Shown: positions 19,133-29,999 of the stretch, piece after piece
Layout: the number at the start of each line of letters is the position of its first letter
Numbering within the stretch: position 1 is the stretch's first letter
Assembly (NCBI GenBank): GCA_030748635.1
Contig: JASMLP010000112.1
Span: 1,422 to 65,421 of the forward strand
Origin: Planctomycetota bacterium
GTDB taxonomy: Bacteria > Planctomycetota > JACQVV01 > JASMLP01
Direction of reading: 5' to 3'
Length of the DNA stretch: 64,000 nucleotides
Position numbers and translations under genes: made by a program
The notes under the pieces: model-generated
Database searches by the model: none
Told to the model about the DNA's origin: nothing
What the model saw: only the letters and a program-made list of their open reading frames with translations

Positions 19133-20279
19133 CCTCCACCTCAGCAGCGGGAGATGCCTTCTCGCCGACGAGAAGATAGATCCCGCCGATCAGACTCCAG
19201 GCGATGGTAATCATCCTCACGATGATCGACAACGCCACCGCGCGTGTCCCCATTGCGCCGGCCCCTCCGACAGCTCCTCCGATACGCTCAAAGGAACTGG
19301 CGTAAAGAGCTTCACTCAGGCCCCACCCCCCAACAGAGATCGGAATGGCAGAGATCATCCAGATTGTTGGGAGCATCACCAGCAATGTTCCAAAAGTCAC
19401 CCCTTCGATCCCCAAGGAACGACAGCAAATGGCATTCACGGATACGGCTGTGACATGATTGATGATGGATAAACCCCAGGCCAAGGCGATCGCTTTTTTC
19501 TGGTCACGGAACCGCATCATCACCTCGTCCGCTGTGCGTATAAGGCCCTCGAAAGGCAGGCGAGCGATCAAGGCTCCCAATTTCAACCGACGCCGGATTC
19601 GCCGACTAAACAGTGTTCCAGCGCCAACAGCAAAAGCCAACAAAAGCCCGTAGACGAGGTAAAAAGCCCGTCGATAATCCGGGTTATCCAGATGAAATGG
19701 AAGAGTCGCCGCGGCCAGAGTTGCCAGAGCAAACAACCCGATCACTCGATCCAGGAATACGGTCACCACCGCTCCTGTACGCCGCTCCGTAGCGCGCGCG
19801 ACATAAACCGCCTTGATCACATCTCCCCCGGTCATACCGGGCAAAACGTTATTGTAAAACAGAGCAATGAAGTTCCATCGAAACGCTTTCATATGAGGAA
19901 TCACGATCCCCACGCTTCGATTCAAGGTCTGCCAGCGAATCACGGCAACCAGCGGACACAAAGCCCACAGAAACAATGCGGCAACCAGATATTTGACCTG
20001 ACACCGCCGCACGATGGTCACGAATCCGGGATGTACGTCTAACCCGAGACCCGAGGATCCGGGCGCGACGTCTTTTCGAGAGATCTCGCGGACTTCAGAA
20101 GTCCCCGCCAAGCGGAACTCGAAGCCCTCGGAAGTCTCATTCAAGAACCGCCCTCTCAGGGTCGTGCCATCCCGCAAAACAACACGATCCTGCGTTTCGA
20201 TCAACACCCCAAACACATAGGAGAAAAGCCCGACCGTGACCAGGACACGCAAAAGCGTCCACATATGCTTACGAGTCAC
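19074..20279 (-). CDS. Lysylphosphatidylglycerol synthase TM-region / flippase-like (UPF0104) membrane protein
   Basis: RW..L, YNNVLPGMTGGDVIK, DRVIGL, IPISVGGWGLSE; multiple TM helices. Confidence 0.85.
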   Translation of the reverse strand: MTRKHMWTLLRVLVTVGLFSYVFGVLIETQDRVVLRDGTTLRGRFLNETSEGFEFRLAGTSEVREISRKDVAPGSSGLGLDVHPGFVTIVRRCQVKYLVAALFLWALCPLVAVIRWQTLNRSVGIVIPHMKAFRWNFIALFYNNVLPGMTGGDVIKAVYVARATERRTGAVVTVFLDRVIGLFALATLAAATLPFHLDNPDYRRAFYLVYGLLLAFAVGAGTLFSRRIRRRLKLGALIARLPFEGLIRTADEVMMRFRDQKKAIALAWGLSIINHVTAVSVNAICCRSLGIEGVTFGTLLVMLPTIWMISAIPISVGGWGLSEALYASSFERIGGAVGGAGAMGTRAVALSIIVRMITIAWSLIGGIYLLVGEKASPAAEVEAMDDGGGDPISEVGKDGDG

Positions 20280-20329
20280 CGGATCAATCCCCCCGGCAGA
20301 TCTTGTCGCGAAAAATATCTACCGGATAA

Positions 20330-20962
20330 TCAATCAGTGAGAGCACGCCACCCATCCGCATCTCGACCGTGATCTTCTCCAGTCAAACTTTTGAGTGCGA
20401 GAAACGCATTGACTCGAACAGTCTCGTCTGCGTCGTCCAACGCAAGAACCAACCCCGAAAGAGCCCGACGATCGCCGAGTCTTGCGAGAGAGCGAGCCGC
20501 CTTGAAGCGAACCCACGCATGTTCATCCTTGTTCAAACGGAGAATCAGAGGCTCGACAGCCTCGGGACGACCGGCCTTCCCCAAGGCATGAGCCGCCTCA
20601 AATCGGACCACAAAGCTCGGATCTTCGAGTGCGTACAAAAAAACCGGAAAGTAGGCTTCCTGCCGAGACTCTCGCCCCATGAGGCGCACGGCGGATGAAC
20701 GAACCAGAGGAGACAACGCTCCTTGGGCCGCAGCAATCAATAACTGACGTGTTTCGTCATCTTTTGTCCCGGTTTCGCTCAACTCGACCAGAGCTTCCAT
20801 CTGCTCGACCTGAGTTCCATTCTTGAGAGTTTGAGCAAAATCGCTCGTGGTGCGACAAGAAACCGATGCTACGAGGAGAACGATACAGAAACTCCACCTC
20901 GCGAAGAAGTTCCCATTTCGAATTGAATTCCGAAGTCCGTTCAAAACCCCAACCTCCCCCAT
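20330..20962 (-). CDS. HEAT-repeat lipoprotein
   Basis: Lipobox-like VASVSC; repeats LEDPSFVVRFEAAHALG, WVRFKAARSLA, TVRVNAFLAL. Confidence 0.8.
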   Translation of the reverse strand: MGEVGVLNGLRNSIRNGNFFARWSFCIVLLVASVSCRTTSDFAQTLKNGTQVEQMEALVELSETGTKDDETRQLLIAAAQGALSPLVRSSAVRLMGRESRQEAYFPVFLYALEDPSFVVRFEAAHALGKAGRPEAVEPLILRLNKDEHAWVRFKAARSLARLGDRRALSGLVLALDDADETVRVNAFLALKSLTGEDHGRDADGWRALTD

Positions 20963-21097
20963 TTGCGGGTTCCAAGATCCCTAAAAATTTCCTATATACC
21001 ACCCCAATACGGCCCCGATCCCTACGAAATATGGAGCTCAACGTAATGATTATAGGAGCCCCAAAAGGGGTTGCAAGAACTCAAGCAAGCTGCTGGC

Positions 21098-24000
21098 TCA
21101 TTCCTTGCAATAACGCTTCAGAATGGACTGATAACGATCGTCGGAACGAATGAATTCGAGATCAGCGGTTCGTTGAACAAGGATGCACCCATCATATCCC
21201 AGCCGAAAGAGATGCTCGAGATGCTGGATAGACTGTTCAGCGTCTTCAAGTAATGCGAAATAACACGCCATATGGAAATGAATCAACGGGAACTCAGGGT
21301 CGATACCCAGGCACTTCTGAAAGTCCTCCCCCGCTTCATTCATGTCACCCCGATGCAGACGAACCCGACCTCGTATCATATAGGCTACTTGATGTTTCTT
21401 ATTGAGTCGTATCGCCTGATCAAGCGACTTGAGGGCCCGATCAAGATAGTCTTTTTTTCGGCGACCTAGTTCATAGAGATTGCAATACACAAACCCTTTG
21501 ACAAACCAGGCCGCCGAATCGTTGGGACGATGTCGGATTTGATCATCGAGCGCACCAATAATTCGTTCCGGATGAGCATACAGAGCCAAGAAACGAGCCG
21601 CAGTAATCATCCGCTCACTAAAATCCGAATTGAATTCGAGAGCTCGAGCCGAATCCAGAAGGGCGAATGGAACCAGCTCGATATTCTTGTTCTTCATGAA
21701 CAAATCAAGTCGGCACCGAGCCCTCAAGTAGTAAGCGTCCGCATGACTTGGATCCAGTTCAATCACACGAGTCAGTGAAGTCAATGCGGCTTCATAGCGA
21801 TTGGCCCCCAGAGCACTCCGCCCCTGCTCATAGAGTTCCTCCGCCTGCTGTCGATGAAGCGCTCGAAACGACTGAACTTTTTCGTCATCTTTACGAGCCA
21901 ATTCCTCTTTCCCAAGAGACCGAAGGATTTCAGCTCGTAGCTGGAAATAAGGGGGATGGTCCGGTCGCATCCCAATAAGCCGCTCGGCATCGGCAAGGGC
22001 CTCCTCATTTTTCTCCATTCGCTGGTACACCCGAGCACGTTTTTCGATGGGAACCGCTGATTCCGGATCATACTGAGCGGATTGACTCAGAACATGAACC
22101 GCTTCAGGAAGTCGATCCTGCTCGACATACAAAGCTCCTAACGCCATATAGGTATTGGAGTCAAAAGGATGGATCTGGACCGCCTTTCGATAGACCTGCT
22201 CCGCCTCCTCATCACGTACTGCTCGGACCAAAACACCTCCGAGAGAACGATACACCCGGTAATCAAAAGGTTTTTCGATCATCAGGAAATGTAAAATTTG
22301 AATAGATCGATCTCGTTCGGGTCCCTGACTCAACATCCAGGCATATTCACCCAGGTCTTGAAAACGTCGCTCATCCCGCTTCAAAGATCGTTCCAGCTCG
22401 ACCAACCAGTGTCGTCCCCTTTCCAGATCTTTTCCCCTGGAATCCGCCCGGGCCATCAACGCGTAGACAGCGGGGTGATCGGGGTCGATCTTCTTGGCAA
22501 AACGAAGCAATTCGTTCGCTTTATTCTTCCTCTCGGCGAGCAGATTCACTTGGGCCAAACCGATCAACCCTTCCACGGACCGGGGGGCTTGGGACAGATG
22601 GCCTTCGAAGACCTGCCGAGCCTCCTCCTCCCGACCGAGTTTGATCAACAATCCCCCCAGCAAGCGAGCGCTACGGGGAGACTTCGGCACCAATGCATAT
22701 GCTTGCCGAAAAGCTTTTTCCGCCTTTATCAACTGCCCATCGATCTGATACGCCACTCCAAGGTCGGTCCACGCAACTCCCTTCGAACCAGGGACCTCGA
22801 CTGCCGCCTCTAGATGTCGCCGCGCAACCCCTCCACGCCCAAGCCAAAGTTCTGCGCGCCCCAGATGCCCAACCGCACGATGTACCTCAGCATCTGGAAG
22901 GACTCCGACTGCCTGGGCCAGGTCGTCTCTTCCTTTCTCATAAAGATGGAGATGATCGAGTCGAACAATTCCACGTCGAAGGTAACTAGGTGCAAAATCA
23001 TTATTGCACGCGATTGAAGCGTCATAACAGAGTTGAGCTCGCACCCAATCCTCACGCGCTTCTTCCAGACGCCCCATTTCGTAATCAGGACGCGGGTCTG
23101 CGGGAAGGGCTTCCTTGGCTCGAACCAGGTCCAATTGAGTGCGTTTACCGATTTCGGCATCTTTATCGCGCCGGAACATCTCGAGTCCAGCCCTCCCCCT
23201 TTCCAACCAGATCTCACCGGAATCCCCCCCTTTCCCTTCCAGCGTTCGGTCAAAACTTTCGAAAGCTTTATCGTACTGCCCGATCTGCATGAGGATCTGC
23301 CCTCGAAGCCGGTGGGTTTCGATCAGGTCCGGACTGTATTCAATCGCTAAGTCCAGATCGGAAAGAGCCTCCGAATGGTCTTTCATCTCCATCCGTATAC
23401 GTGCTCGAAGCAAATACCCCTCAACGAGTTCTGGCGTCAGACCCAGAGCCGAATTTAGCTCCTGGAGCGCCTGAGACCATTGGGCTTGGTCTACCCAAAC
23501 CCGAGCTAGCTCCATGTGAATCGAACCTCGATACCTCCGATCCGCTGGATGCAACGGAAGGCGAACGCCGCGCAGCAACTCCTCGACCGCTTTCTCATAA
23601 TCCTGGAGCATGCGAAGTTCATGTCCCTGTCGCTTGCTCTCCTCTACCGCACGTCGTTGCTGGAGCCGGGTCTCTCGAACCCGATCTATCAATTCACGTT
23701 GTCGTTTTTCTCGCAGTTGCCGATTCTTCTGATAGACCGGAACAGAAGCCCCTACCAATGCAACGATCATCACAAAAAACACGGAGTGACGATGTTTTCG
23801 AAAGCTTCTCCAGGTTTTCCCCAAAAAACCCAGCGGCTTCGCCAGAATAGGATCACCTCGTTGAAATCGCTGCAGATCCTCGGCCATCTCCCCCGCAGAT
23901 CGATAGCGACGCTTGGGATCTTTTTCGATCGCTTTCAGGATAATGGTCTCGACATCCTCGGGCACACGAGAGTTGCACTGCCGCGGAGACATCGGATCGT

Positions 24001-25378
24001 CATAAACGAGCTTATTGAATATCTGAACCGAATTGTCTCCCTGAAAAGGCAAAAGGCCTGTTACCAGGCGGTACAGAATAATCCCCATCGAGTAGACATC
24101 AGTTCTACGATCTACCTTGCTCGTGTAGCCTCGAGCCTGTTCCGGACTCATGAAGCAAGGGGTTCCCAAAGCCTGCTCACTTCGGGTCAGAACGCTCTGC
24201 TCTTGATCCACCCATTTGGCGAGACCGAAATCTGCCACCATCGGCTTCTCTTGACGGTCGATGATGATATTGCCGGGCTTCATGTCCCGGTGAATCACCC
24301 CCTGCAGATGAGCGTAATGTAAAGCCTCACATACCTTCTGAACAATGCGAAGGCTAAAATCCAACTCCGGCAACCCGACTCGCAACAGACGTGCATCCAA
24401 ATCTTCGCCTTCGATGAAGTCCATCGTGAAGTAATGATGTTCACCGTACTGTCCCGCTTCGTGAACTGAAATGATGTTGGAATGATTGAGTCGTCCCGCA
24501 GTCGCCACCTCACGCTGAAACCGACGAATCTGCTCAGGGGTGGCTTCGTGCCCATACCGAAGCACCTTCAATGCGACAATGCGATTTGGACGCTGCTGAC
24601 GGGCTCGATAAACAATCCCCATCCCCCCACTACCAATTTCTTCTTCCAGCTCGAATTCGCCAAATCGAGCTCCCTCTACGGGACCGTCTTCTCCAGGACT
24701 CCATCCGGACGACTCCTCCGACAAGAGGTCATCGACCGAGATCTCATGCATCCCCTTCAAACTCACTCCGCAGGCGGGACAAGCCAAAAGCGACTCCCCA
24801 CCCGAACCGGAAGTTTCAGCTCCACATTCAACACAACGGCGAGTCCCCTCCCGCTCTTCCCCTAGGAGTTCCAGAAACTCTTGAATCGACAGGTAGCGCT
24901 CTTTGACCAAAACCTGAGTCAAAGTCATTCGATTCCCCCTCCTGGCCAAACGTTCCTGTAAGGATTGCGCACGCCCAAGATCGGCTTCCCCCAGAAAACC
25001 ACGACTCAACGCTCGTCGAATTAGAGACATGTCGAGTTCTTCGGAAAGATTATGAGGAAGAAAACTCGAGGACTCCTTTTTCCGTGAAGATGGTAGCCTC
25101 TCTTCCAACGTTTTTTCCGCGGCCCCCGCATCCGACGGGGGACCAACCTTGGACTCCGACCGTTTTTCCCGCATCCCCTCTAGTCGCTTGGTCAGCAGAG
25201 CCAAAACCTCATCCGCCTGTCCTTTGGAAAGAAATCCCTGCTCGACCAGAATCCCACCCAGCTTGCGATCCGGAGACTGAGTTCTCTGAATCAATCGGGC
25301 AATGCGAGCATTCTCTTCACTCAGAAACCCTTTCTCGAAAGAGATCTTCGCAAAAAGTTCATCCACCTTCCTCGACAT
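21098..25378 (-). CDS. Receptor-type Ser/Thr kinase: MshEN-like repeats, Zn ribbon, kinase, TM, long TPR array
   Basis: GSGGMG, VALK, HRDMKPGN, DFG, GTPCFMSPE; CVEC/CPAC; TM after kinase; many TPRs. Confidence 0.93.
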   Translation of the reverse strand: MSRKVDELFAKISFEKGFLSEENARIARLIQRTQSPDRKLGGILVEQGFLSKGQADEVLALLTKRLEGMREKRSESKVGPPSDAGAAEKTLEERLPSSRKKESSSFLPHNLSEELDMSLIRRALSRGFLGEADLGRAQSLQERLARRGNRMTLTQVLVKERYLSIQEFLELLGEEREGTRRCVECGAETSGSGGESLLACPACGVSLKGMHEISVDDLLSEESSGWSPGEDGPVEGARFGEFELEEEIGSGGMGIVYRARQQRPNRIVALKVLRYGHEATPEQIRRFQREVATAGRLNHSNIISVHEAGQYGEHHYFTMDFIEGEDLDARLLRVGLPELDFSLRIVQKVCEALHYAHLQGVIHRDMKPGNIIIDRQEKPMVADFGLAKWVDQEQSVLTRSEQALGTPCFMSPEQARGYTSKVDRRTDVYSMGIILYRLVTGLLPFQGDNSVQIFNKLVYDDPMSPRQCNSRVPEDVETIILKAIEKDPKRRYRSAGEMAEDLQRFQRGDPILAKPLGFLGKTWRSFRKHRHSVFFVMIVALVGASVPVYQKNRQLREKRQRELIDRVRETRLQQRRAVEESKRQGHELRMLQDYEKAVEELLRGVRLPLHPADRRYRGSIHMELARVWVDQAQWSQALQELNSALGLTPELVEGYLLRARIRMEMKDHSEALSDLDLAIEYSPDLIETHRLRGQILMQIGQYDKAFESFDRTLEGKGGDSGEIWLERGRAGLEMFRRDKDAEIGKRTQLDLVRAKEALPADPRPDYEMGRLEEAREDWVRAQLCYDASIACNNDFAPSYLRRGIVRLDHLHLYEKGRDDLAQAVGVLPDAEVHRAVGHLGRAELWLGRGGVARRHLEAAVEVPGSKGVAWTDLGVAYQIDGQLIKAEKAFRQAYALVPKSPRSARLLGGLLIKLGREEEARQVFEGHLSQAPRSVEGLIGLAQVNLLAERKNKANELLRFAKKIDPDHPAVYALMARADSRGKDLERGRHWLVELERSLKRDERRFQDLGEYAWMLSQGPERDRSIQILHFLMIEKPFDYRVYRSLGGVLVRAVRDEEAEQVYRKAVQIHPFDSNTYMALGALYVEQDRLPEAVHVLSQSAQYDPESAVPIEKRARVYQRMEKNEEALADAERLIGMRPDHPPYFQLRAEILRSLGKEELARKDDEKVQSFRALHRQQAEELYEQGRSALGANRYEAALTSLTRVIELDPSHADAYYLRARCRLDLFMKNKNIELVPFALLDSARALEFNSDFSERMITAARFLALYAHPERIIGALDDQIRHRPNDSAAWFVKGFVYCNLYELGRRKKDYLDRALKSLDQAIRLNKKHQVAYMIRGRVRLHRGDMNEAGEDFQKCLGIDPEFPLIHFHMACYFALLEDAEQSIQHLEHLFRLGYDGCILVQRTADLEFIRSDDRYQSILKRYCKE

Positions 25379-25383
25379 ACTCT

Positions 25384-28300
25384 CTATCCACCCGTTTTTG
25401 GACGAACTCCACTTGGCTTCTGAAAGGGTTCCAGAAACCGATGAAAAGAATCGGAATTACGAATCGGCTCAAAATCGGCCATATGATCGATCCGACCCAG
25501 TACCCCTTTGTATCCCTCCTTGTCGAAGTCAGGCATGGTCCGGCGGATCTCAAACACTCGCTCCAGGTGACGTATTGCCAGTTCTGTTTCGCCCCGCTTG
25601 CCGTAGTAGCTGGCAATATAAAAGTGAGTAACCAGCAGATCCGGGAATTTCCTCAAAACCACATTGTAATCCTGTATCGCCCGATCCATATCACCAAGGA
25701 TCTGATGTAGATAACCACGTAGGACCATGGCCACTGCGTGTTCCGGATTGAGTTCGAGCGTCCGATTCATCGATTCCAGAGCATATCGTCGATAAGGAGA
25801 CGGATCGGGCAGATCGGTTTTCCCTTCACGTCCCAAAGCCTCTACAACCTGAGCATATCCTAGAGCCAAAATACCCTGGAGAAATTGGGCTGCGGATTCT
25901 TCGGGAAATTGTTGCACAACCTCCTCGACCGTCTTGACGATCTGGTTGTGGTTCATCGCATCGCCCCGATGCAGAAACTGTAGGTAGTCGAGATTTCGAA
26001 AAAACTTTTCTGAAAGATGAAAATTGTTTTCCAAGGCCCGGGAAAAATCGAGAAGCCCAAAGCCGATATGCTCGAAATCCATCTCAATCAGGTGCTTCAT
26101 CCCCAAACGCAAGTGGGTTTGCGCTCTCTGATAGTAGACCTTGCTGATATCCACATAGTGTGGGTGGTTCTGAACGACACTGTCCAGGATCTGCAAAGAC
26201 CGAAAATAATCGCGTTTTCCAAAAAGTGCCCGAGCCTGTCGACAGCGGTCCTGGATGCTCTTCTCCAGACTTTTCTTGGTATTCAATTCCTGTAAATTCT
26301 TCTCGATTTCGCGCTGAAGGACCTCTTCCAGATCCCCCCCCTCTCCGCGGGAAAGACCCGAAAGAATCGCGCGCGCTCGTTCTTCAAACGACGAAACACG
26401 GCCCTTCTTGGCTCGTACATACTCGAGTGCGTTCTCCAGCGAATCGAAACACCGATTCGGAGCGTTCAATTCCAGCAAAATTTCGGCCTGAACTATCCAG
26501 CCCTCAGGATCCTCGGGGCGTTTCCGAAGATAGATTTCAAGATCTTCGATTGCCTGCTCGGGCTCCTGGAACGAGCGAAGATAGATATCTCTACCACGCA
26601 CCAGATGCAGTTCGACATGAAAGGGATTTTCTTTCAGAACCTGCTCCAAGTCGGCGAGTCCCTTCTCGACATCGGGAATCTCCATTTGAAGCAATCCTCT
26701 CTGGAGATAGAGAAGAGAAAAGTCGGGGAAATAGGCGATCAGAAGCCCATAAAGGTTACAGGCTCGCTGCAGGTCACCTTCCTGACGGTAACGAGATGCC
26801 AGGCGCAAAAGATTCCTGACCATCGGTAATTGCGAACGTATTTCCGCGGATTCCTCGAAAGCTTTTCGAGACCCATTGTCATCTCCATCGATCCCCAACA
26901 ACCGCCCCAGAACACAAAGTGTCCGAGCTCGAATCACCCCCTTCTGACTCGTTAACACACCCTGGACGAACTCGATATCATCCCGAATCTTCGCGCCAGC
27001 AACACGATGGGCCGCCCGAATTTCTCCATCGATTTCGGTCACTCGACACTGCAACTTTTCAACTCGGGTCATCGATTCCCGGGGAGCCAACACACGCCGG
27101 GCTTTCGCGAACAGATCGAGTCGCTGGTATCCGTCCGCAAGAAACGATCGGACCTCCCAGAGCGATTCGTCTGAAAGAAGTGACTGCTGCCAGTGAGCAT
27201 TCGCCACTTCATCTTTCCCCTGGACCTTCGAGATCAACCCAAGTAGTTGCTCCGAACCAGCCCGATAGATCGAATCACCTCCCAAATCCTTCAGAAGGTC
27301 CTGGGCTCGGACCAAATCGCCGACATAAAGGGCAGTCGCACCGGCCAGAAAACGAATCTTCTGAATCCTCACCCCATCCACCTTCAGTCTTGCTGAAAGA
27401 TCCCAAGCTTTGCGTAGGTCCTTATCAGCTTCGAGATAGTGATGTTCACTCAATCGAAAAACCCCACGAGCCACCAGAGCATCCAGTCCTTCCGGCGCCC
27501 CCTGAACCGCTTGATCCAGCAGATCGTATGGCCGCACTCGATCTCCCGAGAAGAGGGCCAATTGAGACCGGGCCACACAAAGGAGAGGATCTGGGTTCAG
27601 CGGATCCAGAAGCGAATCGAGATCCTCCAAAGCCCGCGACAATCGGGCCTCCATGGAGCGATCCAAGACTGCGCGATCGGAATGATCGTTCACGACGAGA
27701 GGAATCGATATCTTGCCCGGGCCATACGCCCTTTCCAGGAGCACCTCCACGGAAAGCAGACCCCGTTTATGTATCATCTTACGATCATCGGGACGCGCTT
27801 TCAGGTACAAATCCATGGATTGCAACGCATCCTCGAATCGCTCCTGTTCCGTGAAAAGATAGGAATATTCGGCTGCCGCCGCGGGAAGATCCTGGTTCAA
27901 CGCCTCGATTTTCTGCAGATAAACGCTCGCCTGATCCAAGCGCCCTGTCCGGCGCATGAGTCGAGCCATTTCCATCCATACCGGCACAGGTCCCTCGATC
28001 GATTTCAGAGCTTGCTGAAAATCTTCTTCCGCCCGCCGAAACCGCCCGAAGGCCATATAGCTTCGCCCTCGGGCCAACAAGATCGAAGCCTTTTCGTTGG
28101 GCGCATAAACTCTTCGGGTTTCCTTTTCATCCGAAACCTGAACTGGCACCTTCAAGGCCGAACTGAATACGTTTACAGACTCTTCATACTGACCCGAACG
28201 GGCCAAATCGGCTCCCCTCTCGAGGTATCGATCAAAATGTGACCGTTGCTGACGCACACTGAATTTCAGTCGATCTTTGCGCCTCAAGTCCTCTTGGTGC

Positions 28301-29583
28301 CGGAAATAGAGCGAAACGGAAAGGATTCCGGCTACCAGAACGACCCCACATACGATGACAGCGATCCGACGGTGTTTCCGAAGCTTCTGCCTTGCCCGAC
28401 TCCATAACGAAGTCCGGTTGGCAAGAATCGACTCCCCTTCCTGGAACCGCTCCAGATCCTCCACGATATCACCCGCGCTCCTGTACCTGGATTCGATTGA
28501 CTTCTCCAGGCACTTCAGACAAATGGTTTCCACATCTCGGGGGATCGACCGAACCCATTTCCTGGGGGCGATCGGTTCTTCGTTGCAAATCTTATGGAAA
28601 AGTTGAATCGCGGTGGGCGCTTCGAAGGGGAGATGCCCCGTCAGCAATCCGTAAAAGATGACTCCGAGACTAAACACATCTGAACGCCCATCCAGATACT
28701 TGGAATCACCCCGAGCCTGCTCCGGACTCATATAGTTGGGAGTACCGATCGCTTGATCGCTCCGGGTCAGATTCATCTCTCCATGCAGCACTTTTGCCAA
28801 CCCGAAATCCGTAATCTTGGGTGTACCGGAAAGATCGACCAGGATGTTTTTCGGCTTCAAATCCCGATGAACGATCCCCGACGCGTGCGCATAATCGAGT
28901 GCCTGAGCGATTTCCCGAATCAAATAGATCGCATATTCCAGAGAGGGGACCCCTTCATCCACGACCTGCTGTAAATCCCTCCCCTCCACGTATTCCATCG
29001 TGAAGTAATGCTGTCCATCGATCTCACCCGATTCGTGAATGGAGACGATCCCCGGATGCTGGAGGGAACCCGCTGATTCCACCTCGGCGAGAAAACGGCC
29101 GACCTTTTGATCGTCCGCCCCTTTGCCCATTCTCAAAATTTTCAGAGCGACAATCCGATCGGGAACTTTCTGTCGGGCTCGATAGACGATTCCCATTCCC
29201 CCGCGATCGATTTCACCGAGAATTTGATAATCACCAAAAGTGCGTGAACCCGTCCCTTCACCCTCTTCCTTCAGAACCGACCCACAGCGATTACAAATAT
29301 ATTCCTGTCCAACCACGAAGCCTTTCAGATGAAACGGGGACTCACAATCAGGGCAAACCAACAAGGTTTTTTCTTCTCCGGACCCCGACTTCCGTAAATC
29401 ACGGACGACCTCCTGAGCTTGGTCCCGGGAAATCCAGCCCTGTCGAAGCAATACGGTCGCCAGACGGAGTTCCACCCCAGTCGCCTGGATACGACGCGCT
29501 TCCGAAACCTGGCCAGAAGTAACAAAACCTTTCTTCTGGGCCAGGCGCGCAAAATGATCATCGATTCGAGATCCCATGGTCAC
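25384..29583 (-). CDS. Receptor-type Ser/Thr kinase with TPR array (tandem paralogue)
   Basis: RGGMG, VALK, HRDLKPKN, DFG, GTPNYMSPE; CPDC/CNRC; TM IAVIVCGVVLVAGILSVSLYF; TPRs. Confidence 0.93.
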   Translation of the reverse strand: MTMGSRIDDHFARLAQKKGFVTSGQVSEARRIQATGVELRLATVLLRQGWISRDQAQEVVRDLRKSGSGEEKTLLVCPDCESPFHLKGFVVGQEYICNRCGSVLKEEGEGTGSRTFGDYQILGEIDRGGMGIVYRARQKVPDRIVALKILRMGKGADDQKVGRFLAEVESAGSLQHPGIVSIHESGEIDGQHYFTMEYVEGRDLQQVVDEGVPSLEYAIYLIREIAQALDYAHASGIVHRDLKPKNILVDLSGTPKITDFGLAKVLHGEMNLTRSDQAIGTPNYMSPEQARGDSKYLDGRSDVFSLGVIFYGLLTGHLPFEAPTAIQLFHKICNEEPIAPRKWVRSIPRDVETICLKCLEKSIESRYRSAGDIVEDLERFQEGESILANRTSLWSRARQKLRKHRRIAVIVCGVVLVAGILSVSLYFRHQEDLRRKDRLKFSVRQQRSHFDRYLERGADLARSGQYEESVNVFSSALKVPVQVSDEKETRRVYAPNEKASILLARGRSYMAFGRFRRAEEDFQQALKSIEGPVPVWMEMARLMRRTGRLDQASVYLQKIEALNQDLPAAAAEYSYLFTEQERFEDALQSMDLYLKARPDDRKMIHKRGLLSVEVLLERAYGPGKISIPLVVNDHSDRAVLDRSMEARLSRALEDLDSLLDPLNPDPLLCVARSQLALFSGDRVRPYDLLDQAVQGAPEGLDALVARGVFRLSEHHYLEADKDLRKAWDLSARLKVDGVRIQKIRFLAGATALYVGDLVRAQDLLKDLGGDSIYRAGSEQLLGLISKVQGKDEVANAHWQQSLLSDESLWEVRSFLADGYQRLDLFAKARRVLAPRESMTRVEKLQCRVTEIDGEIRAAHRVAGAKIRDDIEFVQGVLTSQKGVIRARTLCVLGRLLGIDGDDNGSRKAFEESAEIRSQLPMVRNLLRLASRYRQEGDLQRACNLYGLLIAYFPDFSLLYLQRGLLQMEIPDVEKGLADLEQVLKENPFHVELHLVRGRDIYLRSFQEPEQAIEDLEIYLRKRPEDPEGWIVQAEILLELNAPNRCFDSLENALEYVRAKKGRVSSFEERARAILSGLSRGEGGDLEEVLQREIEKNLQELNTKKSLEKSIQDRCRQARALFGKRDYFRSLQILDSVVQNHPHYVDISKVYYQRAQTHLRLGMKHLIEMDFEHIGFGLLDFSRALENNFHLSEKFFRNLDYLQFLHRGDAMNHNQIVKTVEEVVQQFPEESAAQFLQGILALGYAQVVEALGREGKTDLPDPSPYRRYALESMNRTLELNPEHAVAMVLRGYLHQILGDMDRAIQDYNVVLRKFPDLLVTHFYIASYYGKRGETELAIRHLERVFEIRRTMPDFDKEGYKGVLGRIDHMADFEPIRNSDSFHRFLEPFQKPSGVRPKTGG

Positions 29584-29783
29584 TGCTCGCTGCAGTGTAG
29601 CTTCACAAACACAGAAATGTCAACCGGAAGGATGCCTATCTCCTTTATTCACAAAGGTTTCCAGAAGAGCTTGCGGCGCCCCCAGCAGAAAAGGTCATGA
29701 AGGGAAATCATACACTCCGGACCCAGACCGAGGGGGTTTTGAAAAGAAGTTGCAGGGCAAATCGATCCGCCCCTAGAATCCTC

Positions 29784-29811
29784 TTGACAACCCATCCGGG
29801 ACGATGATCAT
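29784..29811 (+). promoter_or_regulatory. Candidate tRNA promoter
   Basis: TTGACA-N16-GATCAT, 15 nt before the tRNA. Confidence 0.45.
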
Positions 29812-29826
29812 GTCCACATTCTGTCC

Positions 29827-29903
29827 GGGCGATTAGCTCAGCTGGCTAGAGCGCCACGTTGACATCGTGGAGGTCACTGGTTCAAGTCCAGTATCGCCCA
29901 CCA
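29827..29903 (+). tRNA. tRNA-Val(GAC)
   Basis: GGGCGAT/ATCGCCC acceptor stem, D arm TAGCTCAG, anticodon arm CCACG-TTGACAT-CGTGG, GGTTCAAGTCC, encoded CCA. Confidence 0.98.
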
Positions 29904-29904
29904 C

Positions 29905-29929
29905 CAAGCCGCTGTGCTACAGCGGCTTG
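29905..29929. terminator. Hairpin between tRNA and convergent gene
   Basis: CAAGCCGCTGT-GCT-ACAGCGGCTTG perfect 11-bp stem. Confidence 0.7.
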
Positions 29930-29999
29930 TACTATTTCGGGACTTCGGTGCCACTCTTTCCCCGACTGAAGGTCCGGGCGAAAGGTCGAAGCCTTCTCC

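Noticed and set aside
26160-28242. Long antisense ORFs (219-311 aa) opposite the TPR kinase
   Set aside because: Shadow frames without recognisable motifs
29827-29930. tRNA as an integration site; CCACCA 3' end
   Set aside because: No integrase or duplicated tRNA 3' end seen; the second CCA runs into the downstream hairpin and is probably coincidental
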